Source: Sphaerodactylus townsendi (taxonomy: Eukaryota). From it: a stretch of DNA of 64,000 bases. The position numbers were made by a program, and so were the translations under genes. This document shows, piece after piece, positions 50,211 to 62,529 of the stretch. The DNA lies in NCBI RefSeq assembly GCF_021028975.2, contig NC_059426.1:144646001-144710000 (forward strand). Reading direction: 5' to 3'. The notes beneath the pieces were generated by a model that was not told the origin of the DNA, searched no databases, and saw nothing but the letters and a program-made list of their open reading frames with translations. Position 1 is the first letter of the stretch. The number at the start of each line of letters is the position of its first letter.

Positions 50211-52518
50211 AAGAATGGTCTCTTATTCTCTTTAGAATGGTCTTGGCTCTGTTCCATTTTTTGCAATTGGTTCAATAGCATTTTGTGGGTAAATGCTGTC
50301 CTGTCACCAAGAGAGATGCTATTGTGGAGTTGTCCTGTGTCGTAGTGCTGCTGTTGTAGAGGAAGTGTTCCTGTGGAAGCCAGTGAGAACAGGCTGTCAG
50401 TGGGGTGTGATAAAACATTAACCTAATTTAAGCATCAAAAAGTAAAGTGCAGTGTTTGATATGCTTCACTTCTTGCAAAATTCTTAATTGCTTCCAGGTT
50501 GGAAATCACACGATCCCATATCTAAATATAATGTAAAATTGTATGGTACTAGTGACTTTCTAGTTAGAGGCAAAAAAGGAGGGAATTTGAATTTGGGTAT
50601 ATTGAGTTTCTATAGTGGTATGGATTTTTTCCAAGAATCTGAAAAAATCGACTCTTTTATAGTCTGTAGGAGATCTTTCTTGGGGTCTGGGAGGGGCTGT
50701 TTTAAAAAAATGTGTAGCACAAATTGGCAGCATAGTTGCTGGTGGTTGTTCTTAGAAGACACCAACATTGAGTAAAGATTAGGTCAGAGAGTTCAATTTT
50801 ATGGGTCCCCGATAAGATGCCCCATCCATCCTCCAGTGATTCCAATGGAGGAAAAACAGAGGCCCATAAAATTGTTCCACAACGCAATCTTTAACAAACA
50901 TGAGGGTTCTTCTAAGGAGAGTTGCCAACAACTATGCTGCAAATTTGGTGTGTCTGTCTTAAACAGTCCTCCCCAACTCTAGGAGTAGTGGAGCAGATGG
51001 GATTTAAACTTTAAAGCCTTGCTGTGAATGTGCTAGATCATTTTTTAAATGTGTTCTTTTCCTTTTCTACCGCTGGATCTGACAATCTCAAAATGATCCA
51101 ATTTTTTGGGTTTTTTCAGGATCGGAATTGTCAGCTACAGCTTAAACCACTATTTTGTGGGGTGGGTAGTTTCCTGAATGCACACCTGCATTTCTATGCA
51201 ATAAAGATAAGAACCATCTTCCAGATAACTTCAAGAGTCTATCCAGTCCAGCATTTTATTTCTACAGTGGTCAGTCAGATGCCCCTGAGAAGCCTATGAG
51301 CAGAGCATGGATAACAGGGCAGAAGATTGTCACATATTATGATGATCTGCATGTATGAATTTGGAGTTTGGTAACCCCTGAAATGGCCACTAAAATCCTC
51401 TACTGGATCCAGTCTGTTGTATTCTTGTCTTGGTAAATAATAGCCATGGCAAACCCAGCTGGACCATGAGAGATCACAGCATGTCATTTCCCTGGCCTCA
51501 AACAACACGCTCGGACTGATTTTTTAATTTATTTATTTTGCCTCATTGGAGGAAACATACAGGTTACTTTTTTGGTATCTGTATGTTTCTCCTGGTTTGG
51601 CAAATGTCAGTTGTGTGTGGTCATTTGAGATAGGAGTATGTCAGGTTAGGGAGGGGAAGTCAGTGTGTTATAACTCTTAGGCTTTTTCCACACAAGCTGT
51701 TCACAATGTATTTTGCCACCAAAATGCCATAGTTTTTTTTCTTTGAATTCTGCAGTTTCCCCCCTCTGATTCTGGAAACATTCCCTTCTTGTTTCCTCAG
51801 TTGTTTTTCTGAACACTTTTTCCACAATGTCTTCTTCAATCTGTTTCTGAACCAGCTTCCCTTGAGCATGTGATCATGTTGAAACAGTATTTATTTCTCC
51901 ACCCCACCAAACACCTGGACCTTATCCATGCCTCTGTGTAGTTACCCAACTTCCCTGTTGGCCATTTTCTCCTCACCCTTGTCCTCTTTTTTCAAAGGAT
52001 TTTTTTCTTCTTTGTCATATCACATTAGTGATGTGATGTTAGGGCACAGGCACAAGCCAGGTCGATTGTATCATCTTTGACAATTTCATCTTGAATTAGT
52101 GATTAATGTTAAAGGAAAGATATGCTGTATCTGCAGTTAGGCACGCATGAAATTGACAAGGAAAGTTGCTTTTGCAGAAGAAATGGACAAAGGACTGCTG
52201 CAGTAACCATTGTTACTGTGACTCTGATTTGATTGAAATGGAGTTGTTTTGGCTTCCATTTTGGGTTGGTAGTTTTCAATAGTAGAAATGGAGGCTTAGG
52301 CATTTTTGAATTGCTACTTCAAAATGTAACTGCGCAGTAACACTAGAGCACTCATTCAAAAGGGGGGGGGTAGGGTTGTTCTTCATCAAGGTTGTCATCC
52401 CACCACCATCAGGTATAATATGTTTTTGTCAGTAGTGTGTAGAGTAAATGCAACTGAAGAGGCAAGGGGGAAAAACCCCCCAAACGACAAGAGTTGTCAT
52501 TTCCACTATGCTATAGAC

Positions 52519-52627
52519 CAGTGGTGGCGAACCTTTGGCCTCCAGATGTTATGGACTACAATTCCCATCAGCCCCTGCCAGCATTGTAGTCCATAACATC
52601 TGGAGTGCCAAAGGTTCGCCACCACGG
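52519..52627. mobile_element. Internally deleted hAT MITE with 8-bp TSD CTATAGAC
   Basis: CAGTGGTGGCGAACCTTTGG...CCAAAGGTTCGCCACCACGG. TSD at 52511-52518 and 52628-52635. Confidence 0.92.
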
Positions 52628-52689
52628 CTATAGACTATACATGAACTGTCTTATTCCCATTCTATTGTTTTCTAGTGGCTGATTCATGT

Positions 52690-52875
52690 GAAGAATCCTG
52701 TAAGGAGTCTCAAAGTGGCTTTCAAACTCCTTCCTTTCCTCTCCACACAACAGGCACCTTTTGAGGTAGATGGAGTGAGAGAGCTGTTTCTAGCTTAAAG
52801 CTTCATGTGAAGGAGTGGGAAGTCAAACCCTGTTCTCCAGATTACAGTCCACTGCTCTTAACTGCTACAGCACGT
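52690..52875 (-). mobile_element. Squam3-like SINE
   Basis: Reverse of the 5075 SINE (…TGTTCTCCAGATTACAGTCCACTGCTCTTAAC). Confidence 0.75.
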
Positions 52876-53461
52876 GGGTAATGAAGGAAAAGAATTCAGC
52901 AGCTTTGAACATAGTGTCTGATCCTGAGTCTGATTAGGTTTGATGATGGGGAAGGTGGTTGTGGGGACATTTGATGGAAGGGGCTGGCTAGGCTACTACC
53001 TTGTAGGGCAGAAAAACTTATGACTGCTCAGTATGGATGTAGCACATATGTAGGTAATATCTAGCAGCACTGATAGCATTAGTTTTTGATTTTTTTGATT
53101 TGCTTTTTATGGCTATTAATTTTTGCAGGCTTGAGTTCTGGGTAATATAAAGAAACTGAGGGAAATAATCTGAGTAAGTATCCCTGTGACTCTGAAACTG
53201 AAGGGCACCTTTCCTCACTCCCACTTTGAAATATTAAACATGAAACATCTCTGCTTTTAGACAAAAACCCCATCTTTTGCTGTGATGTCCCAGTAACTGG
53301 ATTTCTATGCTGGCTGCATCATTTAACTGCTTGTGGGATATTTATGTCTATACTCTTTCTCATCGAATGATGACAGGAGATTTGTGAAGTAATCCACCAT
53401 GTCCTGGACCACCTTTGTTCTAGAATGCTCCACTTTGGTTCTAGTGCCTTGGAGACAGATT

Positions 53462-53950
53462 CCAGTGATGTAGGTATAGCTTTTCTTTGTGGTGGGTTTT
53501 ATGTGGTGGGTTTGGGGGGTGGGGCATGCACGTGTGCAACAGAACTAAGGGAAGCCACCCACACAGGAAGCTGGCATTGCACATTTGCAAGCTGCAAGCC
53601 GGCCCGCCGGGGAAAGAAAGTCTTGGCTCTCGGCTCTCGTGAAGCAGGTTTTGAGCCCAGGAGCTCTCACGAGAGGCAAAACTTTCTTTCCCCAGCTGGT
53701 TTGCAGCTCGCAAGCATGCAATGCCGGCTGCCTGTGCAGGTGGCTTCTGTTAGTTCGGCTGTGTGCACGTGCGTGTGTGTGCGCACCCCCCCCAAGTGCA
53801 CTGGTTTCTTGTTTTTGCAGTGCCACTGCTGCTCAGTTGCCCGGGCCCGGTGGGAGGCACAGCTGGAGCGCAGGAGCTCCTGGCCCCCCTGCTGGACATG
53901 TAATGGGGGGTGGGTTTAAACCCATGAACCCCCTCTTATTTACGTCCCTG
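53462..53950. mobile_element. GC-rich non-autonomous DNA element with an internal ~200-bp palindrome
   Basis: Ends CAGTGATGTA / TACGTCCCTG. The internal arms GCTGGCATTGC..GGGGAAAGAAAGT / ACTTTCTTTCCCC..GCAATGCCGGC are inverted. Confidence 0.6.
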
Positions 53951-54592
53951 GGACAGAACAAGGTAAGCACTAGGACCCAAGCAGAACATTCTAAATCAAA
54001 GAAGATCCAGGAAATGGCAGATTAATTCACAAATCTCCTGTCATGTTTCAATGAGAAAGAGTATAGGTGACTAAAAGCATGTCTCTAATAGCTATCTGAG
54101 TGATCTTATTTGTCCCAGAAGGACTGAATGAGTTTTGAATCACTATCTTGGGTTCTGCAGGTACTTCTGCCTCCCTTGCTGGGTGATGATATACCATAGT
54201 GGGCTTTCAATGTTAGTGAAATTGATTACTATTTTACTTCTAGTATTGCCAATAAATTACCTTCTTCATCTATGATGGTTGGGATTTTTTAAAAACTGCT
54301 TGTGATTCTGATTCCCCTCCCCCCTGCCCATATAGTTAGTGTACTTACCAGTCTCTATCAGGGGAATGCAGTGGCCATTAATACTCATATACACGAGACA
54401 GCTGTGCTGCACCTTTGAACATGGTTTTACCCCACATAATTGTTTTTAACCAGGCTTGTAATTTGTATTGTGGCAATTCCCATTTAAAGAATGTGAGCCT
54501 GCTTTGAGATAATTTATGTTTTAAACCCTTTAATTACTATGACTCTGAGCACAAGATGCTTATGGAGAATATGGGAGAACTTAATGCAGGAA

Positions 54593-54606
54593 TGGCCATC
54601 TGGTGG
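54593..54606 (-). promoter_or_regulatory. CTCF-like motif CCACCAGATGGCCA (minus strand)
   Basis: Matches the CTCF core consensus except in the last positions. Binding is not demonstrated. Confidence 0.4.
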
Positions 54607-54875
54607 CTGCATTAACCCTCACCAGCAGTTCAGGGACTGGATTCCCCCAACCCAAAAATCATTGTTCTTTACTGTGTAAAATTGGGTGGGGAGAATCTGA
54701 CCATACTGAGAAATGTTTCTGGTCCACCCATTAAGAGACTGACCACATCCCTGCTATATATTCTTGATCTTTTTGGCTCATAAATGAATGTTAAAAATAA
54801 TTGCTTGGTTGGGTTTGGTTCTGTTCTTGGTGAATGAGGGCAAAGTTTGGAAGTTACCTTCTCTTTTGCAAATGA

Positions 54876-55060
54876 GTGCTCAGTCTGAAATTGAGGGGCC
54901 GTGACTCATCTGTGTTGCATTCAGAAAGTCCCTGGCATCTCCATTTACAAGGATCATCAAGCAGGCGAAGCAAAAGACCTCTAACAAAGATCCTGGAGAG
55001 CTGCTGCCAGTTCAAGGAGACAGTGATCTGGCTCAGTATGAGGCACCTTCATGTGTTCAA
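54876..55060 (+). mobile_element. Degenerate tRNA-derived SINE (Squam2/Sauria-like)
   Basis: GGGGCCGTGACTCA...TCCCTGGCATCTCCA...CCTGGAGAGCTGCTGCCAGT. A similar 3' part occurs at ~59640-59730. Confidence 0.55.
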
Positions 55061-55256
55061 ACCATCACTGTCGTTCTTCAGGAGCAGCCTAACACTGTTA
55101 TTTCCATCAGACCTACCTGAATTAGAAATTTAGTAGGTTTGATAGAACATCCCTGACCATAACCATCAACATAGTTGTGTTTGTGCTTTCTTCAAGATCC
55201 AAATTTTAATTCTTCCTTTAAGGGTAAGAGGGGGAAGTGGGAACCTCTCATGGGAA

Positions 55257-55388
55257 TGTATTGTCGAAGGCTTTCATGGCCGGATTCAACAGGTTGTGGT
55301 GGTTTTTTTGGGCTGTATGGCCGTGGTCTTGTTAGGAACAAGATCCACCAGACCATGGCTGCACAGCTCGGAAAACCCACCACAACTA
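55257..55388. mobile_element. Miniature Penelope-like inverted insertion with 12-bp TSD
   Basis: TATTGTCGAAGGCTTTCATGGCCGG arm plus an inverted arm. CTCTCATGGGAA occurs at 55245-55256 and 55389-55400. The ribozyme core is absent. Confidence 0.85.
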
Positions 55389-56401
55389 CTCTCATGGGAA
55401 ATCGAGCACACTTTTAAAAAATCCTGATAACTTCCTTCACAAACAGAAACACTGTCTTACCTGAGGAACATCTCCAGATTCACTTTGCAATTTAGTTTAA
55501 ACACATATGGTGGCAACTCCAGAATGTTATAATCCTGGTTTTTCTAGATGCCAATTTGTTGTGCTTTCCCCACCACTTAAATGAGAGTGCAATCACTGTG
55601 AGATGAGAATGGTATTTCTTCCACCTTTTTTTCCATGCATGGAAAAATTTTGAAAGTAAATTATTTCAGAAACGCACCATCCACCGACTCTTGGATCCTC
55701 TGTTGGAATTCTGTATGCATCTAATGCCAGAATGGCAGCAATTTGTTTGTGGAGAATAGTCCCAGAGTAGAACCACCCCAGGTATGATCAGGTCCTTGTT
55801 TTTTGCAGTGTTTGCACATGCAGGTTTTTTGCAGTGTGTACTCATGCAGATGGGAGGACTTCTGGGGCAGCAAGTGGGTATTGTATGCCCTTGGCCCACA
55901 TAGAATTGTATGTTCTTTGAATGACTGGATGGAGCTATTATCATTATATTGTCTCTGCATCCAAGGTCAAGTAACTTGAATGATGCATCTGAACATGGGA
56001 GACCCTTTTTCAAGTCTTTTCTTCGATGTGCAACTCTGTAACTGAGCCATTATTTCTCAGTCAAAATGCATGACCTGGAATGTGAAATACCTTATATACA
56101 CATAATACAATGTACACAATAACAGCAGTGCGGTATCTAAATATTACATTTTCCTAAGGTTAGTCAATGTTATTGTCCTGCTGTTTTAGATAGAAGCTAC
56201 TGTATGTTTGAACTGGGCCCAAGACTGTAATCATAGCCAGACTTCCTTGAAATCAAATTCCACTGAACTCAGAGGGGTTTGCTTCAGAGTAAATATGCAT
56301 AAGATCGACTGCACATGAAAGGAACTAGTCTGTGTTAATATAATCTCATGTTCTATGAACATGGTCTGCCAAATATGCTATTTGTCAATTAAATCTTTCA
56401 G

Positions 56402-56438
56402 GTTCAGTTTTAATTTGGTATCTTTCACACCCCTCATG
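56402..56438 (+). other. Candidate small exon (37 nt, ends ATG|GTAAGT)
   Basis: TCTTTCAG acceptor and a perfect donor. The pyrimidine tract is short. Confidence 0.3.
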
Positions 56439-57837
56439 GTAAGTTATTTATAGGCATTACAGCTACTGTATTGGAACTTGTCACTGTAAAACATTTTTCA
56501 GTGCCTTTATATCAAGACCATAATGTTTGAACTGGGTCTTATTTGTAGTGTTGTGGAGGTCAGAATACTTGGCCATAACTGTGCCAGGAAATGTTCTGTT
56601 CTTTCTTATTTGAGACCTGGGTTCAGTCCTGCGAGATCAAAAATGACAGAAATGTATTGAGAAATAAGTTCTTTCCAAATGCATGAACACATTTCCATTT
56701 CCAAGGAGGAAATGTTTCTTTTTCAATGACTCCCTAGAGCTATTCCTCTCTAAACTTTAAGGAATAGGATAATTGTATGCTTAAATTTATTTGGACAGAT
56801 AAGTAACCAAGAATCCTTCAAAGGAAGGTAGAAAGATCCTATTAGGCATGTGATACTCTTTGGTTCACTGGATTTTTGAGGAGGGAGAAGGTTGGAAGGA
56901 GCCAGTGCAGTTTCACTTTTGAAATATCACTGAAATATGCATGATGGCTATCAGACAAGAGTAAATTAAGAAAGGACTGTACTAACTGTAGTATTGATCT
57001 GGTGCTGTTTGGGCAAAGTATAACGCATTGGTGAGCCCTCCCATTTCACTATGTGCTGTACTGATAAATGAATCTGAAGAACTTTAATCACAGAGATACA
57101 TTGAGAGGGGCTTAGTAGGAGTAAGGAAATATAGCCATCTGTAGATGCAGAGAACTTTGCAAAGATGGGCAGCAGTTCATATCCTGTAATGAAGTATTAA
57201 AGACACACACAGTAATAGATGGTGAATGTCCCTTTTTCAGCTCTGGTATTATGTTTTCACCAGGGGATGGAAGAATCAACTGAGGAATGGAATCTGAATC
57301 ATATGAAGAGGGGAAAATACTGTAGAATATACACAGTCTTGTTAAGCATTGATTCTCAGGAGGTAAAGTGAATTAAAAATGAGAAGCCAAAAGAACTAGG
57401 GTTTCCTTCTCCCCTGAGTATTGCCTTAAGATAATAAAATGAATCCAAGAATACACTGCACTCCAAGGATGTTGAGGGAAGTTGTGGGATCACATCTCAA
57501 TCTGTTTTTGGAAATCTGGCGGTATGAAGTACTCATTTTTTATTTCTTTGTAGAACATGTTCATGGATCTTTATGGTATAAGAATAATGACAGACCCCTA
57601 CCCCAATGGCCTCGCAATACGAATTTTCACTGTGGGAACTAGGGTGCTCTAACCTTCTGCATCAAACTTACAGTGTTTGAATGAAACTATCTGATATGAA
57701 TCAGTCATCCCATCTGATAGGTTGGAAGTGAATGACTTAGTGCAAATTTGTTTGGCAGGTATTTGAGTTTTCAAAATTTCATAGAGGAGCACTGAAGGAT
57801 AGAATTAAAAAATAGCATTTATTTATGATTGATATAA

Positions 57838-58072
57838 GTTTTATTTGTTTACTTTGTTGATACCCCACCTTTGCTCCAGTGAGGACTCAAGTGGTTTACA
57901 TGGTTTTCCTCTCATCCATTTTATCCCCACACCAGCACTATGAGATTGGGTAGGCTGAGAAATAGTGACTCAGCAAAAGTTACTTGGTGAGCTTGCATGG
58001 CAGAATGGAGGTTCAAACCTGGGGCTCCCAGATCCTAGTTCAACATTCTAACCACTACATGACACTGGTTCT
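57838..58072 (-). mobile_element. Squamate SINE
   Basis: TTTATTTG tail, CATTTTATCC..., GGTTCAAACCTGGGGCTCCCAGATCCTAG...CTAACCACTAC head, on the minus strand. Confidence 0.7.
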
Positions 58073-58606
58073 CTAACTTGGGAGTGATTTAATTGCTAGT
58101 GGCAGCATCCATACATCGAGCCACCATTCTTCTTCTCCTTTTTGCCTGCTGTGCCTATAGAAGCATTTTGGCACTACAAAAATTGCAATTCTGAAGTAAT
58201 GTTTTAACAATGTATTGCCACAATTACTTATGTCTCAGTTTTCTGTTGTTGTTGATGTTTTTAAGCTCTTCTGTTGTTTTAGGCTCGTCTGTTGAGAAGT
58301 TATAGCAAATAGGATTTGAGCTGAACTGGTGGGTGTTTGAACATCTCTATTGGGAACCAGGATGGCTACCTTTTCCTTATTTCAAGGAATGGATTCTTAT
58401 TTAGTATTAATAGAAATATTAATGGAAAAGAATGCAGCACAATTGCAAAAAGTCATTTTAATATATATTTAAAGATAGTGTATTGTAATACTGTTAGTGT
58501 TCAAACACAGACAAGATTCTGGGTTTGTTTTTTTTAATCTCAAGGAGACAAACCTAAGCAGGTCTAGTCAGAAATTCCATTCAATTCAGGAGGGCTTACC
58601 CCCAGT

Positions 58607-58916
58607 CAGTGCCGTACTGGGGCTAAACTATGCCCAGGGGCGTGACCGCCTCCTCGCACTCCCTTGCCCCATTTATGGGAGCCAGCAGGAGAGGGCGGGG
58701 CTCAGACTGGAGCCACAGCAGCAGGCCGGCTCCTGCTGTCCCCAGACCCTGAGGAGGGCAAAAGCTGGTCATTGGGGTGTGTGGGGCTTGGTAGCATGTA
58801 ACTTAGGTGCATGCCATTTTGTCATGTGTGGGGGAGCCGGGCGCCCCCCAGGTGACAAAACAGTGTGCTCCTGGGGACATGATATGCCCCATGTCACCAT
58901 TAGCGGTATGCCACTG
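58607..58916. mobile_element. hAT-type MITE, TSD CCCCCAG(T/G)
   Basis: TIRs CAGTGCCGTAC / GTATGCCACTG with a 7/8-matching TSD. Confidence 0.8.
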
Positions 58917-60668
58917 CCCCCAGGGAAGTATTCATAGGTTTGTAGCCATAGTATCTATCTTACTTTGGAACTTTTAAGGTGGAAATCCTAGAGGCAAAAG
59001 ATAAGAACAAATACAGGGTGGAAGAATATTTGTAAAATAAATAACACAGGTTTAGAGGCATTTTGCTTGTTTAGCCTTATTTTCATGTGGTAAGGGTATT
59101 AGTATAAATGCTTTCCCATACTGATTTTTTAAAAACTGTGATTGAAATATCTGCAGATCTCTCCTTTTCCCCTGGGATACTTTCTCTGGGCAGGATGTGT
59201 GGGTGAGATTTGATTGGTTCCGTTTTTTAACCTGTGTGTTCTTTGCATACTAGTATTTCTGTTGAAACCTGGGAAAACTGTTTTCCTCTGTCTGATTTTA
59301 AAGTGGGAGACCTCCTACCCTGGGCTGCTCTTTTCTGGTGTTGCAGTGGGAGTGAAATTGGGGTGGAAATTGTAGTCATGCTAATACTACAATATCACTT
59401 CTGGCATGAACTTATGTCAGGGTGATGCTGTATGAGTCACCCAAACTCTTTGATAAAGCCATACAGTTTGGGGTCAGTCCTTAAATATCACCCCAATGCA
59501 GTGGCATCACTTCTGGGATTGATAGGACTCCTCTCTCCTACTTCTCCTGGAAGTTTCCAGTGCCACACATAGGGGAACATGTGAATCTTGGGCCTGGATT
59601 AAAACTCAATCACTGAAAGAGTAAGTGGGAATAAATATTGCTTCCTGAGATCATGGAGAGCTGCTGATTGTCAGAGCAGACAGCATTGGACTGGATGACC
59701 AGCAGTCTGACTTGGTAAAAGGAAACTTTATCTGCTTGTATGATGAGATTCAGATACTTGGTTGTAGCTTTCCAGAGTGACATTTGATGTTTGTGCACAC
59801 CCTGGTTACCTCTTGCTTACCTGCGTGTGTGTGTGTGAGGGTGCCTCACTTGTATCAAAAAACAAGCCCAGACCATTGTGAGGAATAGTTGATAACTGAT
59901 ATGTGCAAGTTGTTTTAAACTTCTGTTCTCCACCTTGTTCTTTTGAACTCTGCCCACTGTTCTGTGAATACTAACACTGGCCTATAAATTATCCAGCAGG
60001 GCTCTGGCACTTAAGCGGCTGGTATTTTTCAGTGGTGTGCATACATAATCGATCCAGGAGGCTGCCTCTGCTTTTAGCTGAGGCATTTTTGAAATCTTGG
60101 GCTTCCAGCCGTAGACTGCCCATGTGTTCTTCTTCCTCTACTGTATTGCCCCTCCTCCTCCTTACTTCCCCACCACACCTTTTTCTGTGGCAGTGTAGTG
60201 TTTCAGTTTATAGATCTGTATACTGTCAGAAAGAGCAGTTTTGCAACGGCAGATAGAGGGGCTGCTAGGCTGTCCATAAAGAGATCCACTTATACATTGA
60301 ACTGTATCCATCTCATCACATCACTATGGAATCTGTTCCTGCCTGTTCTATTTTCTCCAGCAACATGTGTGAATGGGCTTCCTCTTTGTGTCTGGATTTT
60401 CTCAGAAAGACTTGACTTCTGCTTTAAGGACTGATCATGTAAATCTGTGTATCCTGTATCCTTCCTATGTTTTATAGCAATGTATGGACTTCAAAGAGCA
60501 CACCAGTTTTTGAATTTGATGGATTGTCCTTCTGGCTAGGGTGAGAGGAGTTTACTGTGGAAAGTCACTTCCCATTTTTGGAAGCTTTGGATCAGAAGTC
60601 AGAGGCAATGTGGCTTCAGTGTTGAATTCTTGTTCAGAGTTTGCTCCCAGCCTTGTTTACTTTTCCAG

Positions 60669-60704
60669 CTTTGTTCTCAATAAGCAGACTCTTCACTACA
60701 CAGG
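60669..60704 (+). other. Candidate 36-nt exon
   Basis: CCTTGTTTACTTTTCCAG acceptor and AGG|GTAAGT donor. The length is a multiple of 3 and two of three frames are open. Confidence 0.35.
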
Positions 60705-62529
60705 GTAAGTGACTGTGATTTTTATGACGAATTGTCTCTTGTAAAGTCAGGCTTTGTATACTTCAGTGCTGTTAGAAAATAGTGTTCGTACTGAAGACTG
60801 AAACTGGGAGTCTTTGTGAAGTTGAATTTAAAGAGCATACCCTCATTGGCTCATTACAAGCTGAGACAAAATTGCAAGAAAGTTCAACCCCAGCTTTTAA
60901 TGGCTTGAGTCTGCCAGAGCATTTCTGGGGATGGAAGGACTTCTGCCTCTGGAGTGCAACTTTCTTTCTTCCCTACTCCTGCTGCAGTCCCAAACATTTC
61001 TTGGAGATCTTCTGTCCCACAGGATCTGGATTATGAGGCTGGGGCATTTGGGGCTGCTGTGGGAAGGTGATGGTGAAAGAGAAAGTCACACTTCCTAGAG
61101 AGAAATCCTGTCTGCAGAAATATTCTAGTAGATTCGTTTGTTTGCACTGCCATTGCTAATCCTTGCCCTTCCCTTCCAAGGCTCTATGGTCCCAGACACC
61201 GTCACCAAATCTTCAGGCATTTCCTAAGATGGAGTTGGGCTGTATCAGTGGTTTCCTAATTCACTATGATTGCCAGGTGGGTTTTGAGGGAAGAGAAGGG
61301 GTGTTAGGCTGGTGCATAGAAGTTTCAGAGGAATTTGAGGGGTTCATGGTAAGTTGGAGGGACCATGGACCATCAGATCCCTGATTAAATGCTCAAGAGT
61401 GCAATGGGATTTAAAGAGATCTGAGAAACAATACATGTTACTCTCTTATTATACATATTATATATATTCAGCCTTATATCTGATTAGATATATCCAGCCT
61501 TCAGGATTAACTCTGTTCCATACCCTCACCCTAAATCCATTTACAGTAAACTGTTGGGTGTGTTTCTGGGCAGCATGGGTGCTGGCAAAAATTAATTTTT
61601 TGGGGAGCAGAGTTTTTAATGACACCTGTAGGTTATTGACCTGAGTGACTGTAGTCTTTACACCATTGGCAACACAACCCACCCATGGGATGTAATAATA
61701 TGGTTCTAAAGAGAAGCAATAAAAATAGTAGTGATCTTACTCTGAAGGTGATTTACTGAATTGTGTGAGATTGTATATTTCAGAACTAACATGTAACAAA
61801 GCACTTTTATTTTTCCAAGTAAGAATATCAGTGTAAGACACTAAAAAGATATACAGCTTTGAAACCTTGCCCCTAACATTGCATTTCATAGCTTTTATGT
61901 AGAATCTCCCCTTGTGGTTGGGAACAGGACATCTGAAGATAATCTGAATTCTTTATTAAAGTCTTACCATAATAGTAAAGGAAACATAGTAAACAGACGA
62001 TCATTCTGTAAACAAAAACTCGAGTCTTGAAGGATCTTGGCCAAAATGGTTGATAACTTCTATTTCTGTTTGGAATAGGTAGTTGACCTTTCTCTGTGGA
62101 TATTCAACAGACATAATGCAGACAAAGAAACCAAATTTAGGATTGCAGGGGGTTTGGGGCAAATGCCCCCCTTGTCCCCCTTCAGACACCCTTGTGGATC
62201 AGACTATCTCAGGTCACTGTGCAAAGAAGGACAATTCTCACCATTTCCTTTGCTCAGTTCAGAGCATAAGCATTTACTCCATACAGTGCAGACGAGGAGT
62301 ACAAGTTCCTTCAGTAGGGATGTAGACTGAAGTAAATTTGCTTTTGTTTTCTGTTCAGTTGCAGATTTTCACTTCTTTTTCTTTTATCATGAGTAAATGG
62401 GTTGGTTTTGCTTTTGTGTTCATTTCAGTTACATTGGTTTCACCACGAAGCAAATTTCTGGTTGTAATTCTCCCTCCCTCCCATCCCCTGGATCTGTTGG
62501 GCAAACTTCTGCTGACTTAGAAGATGAAC

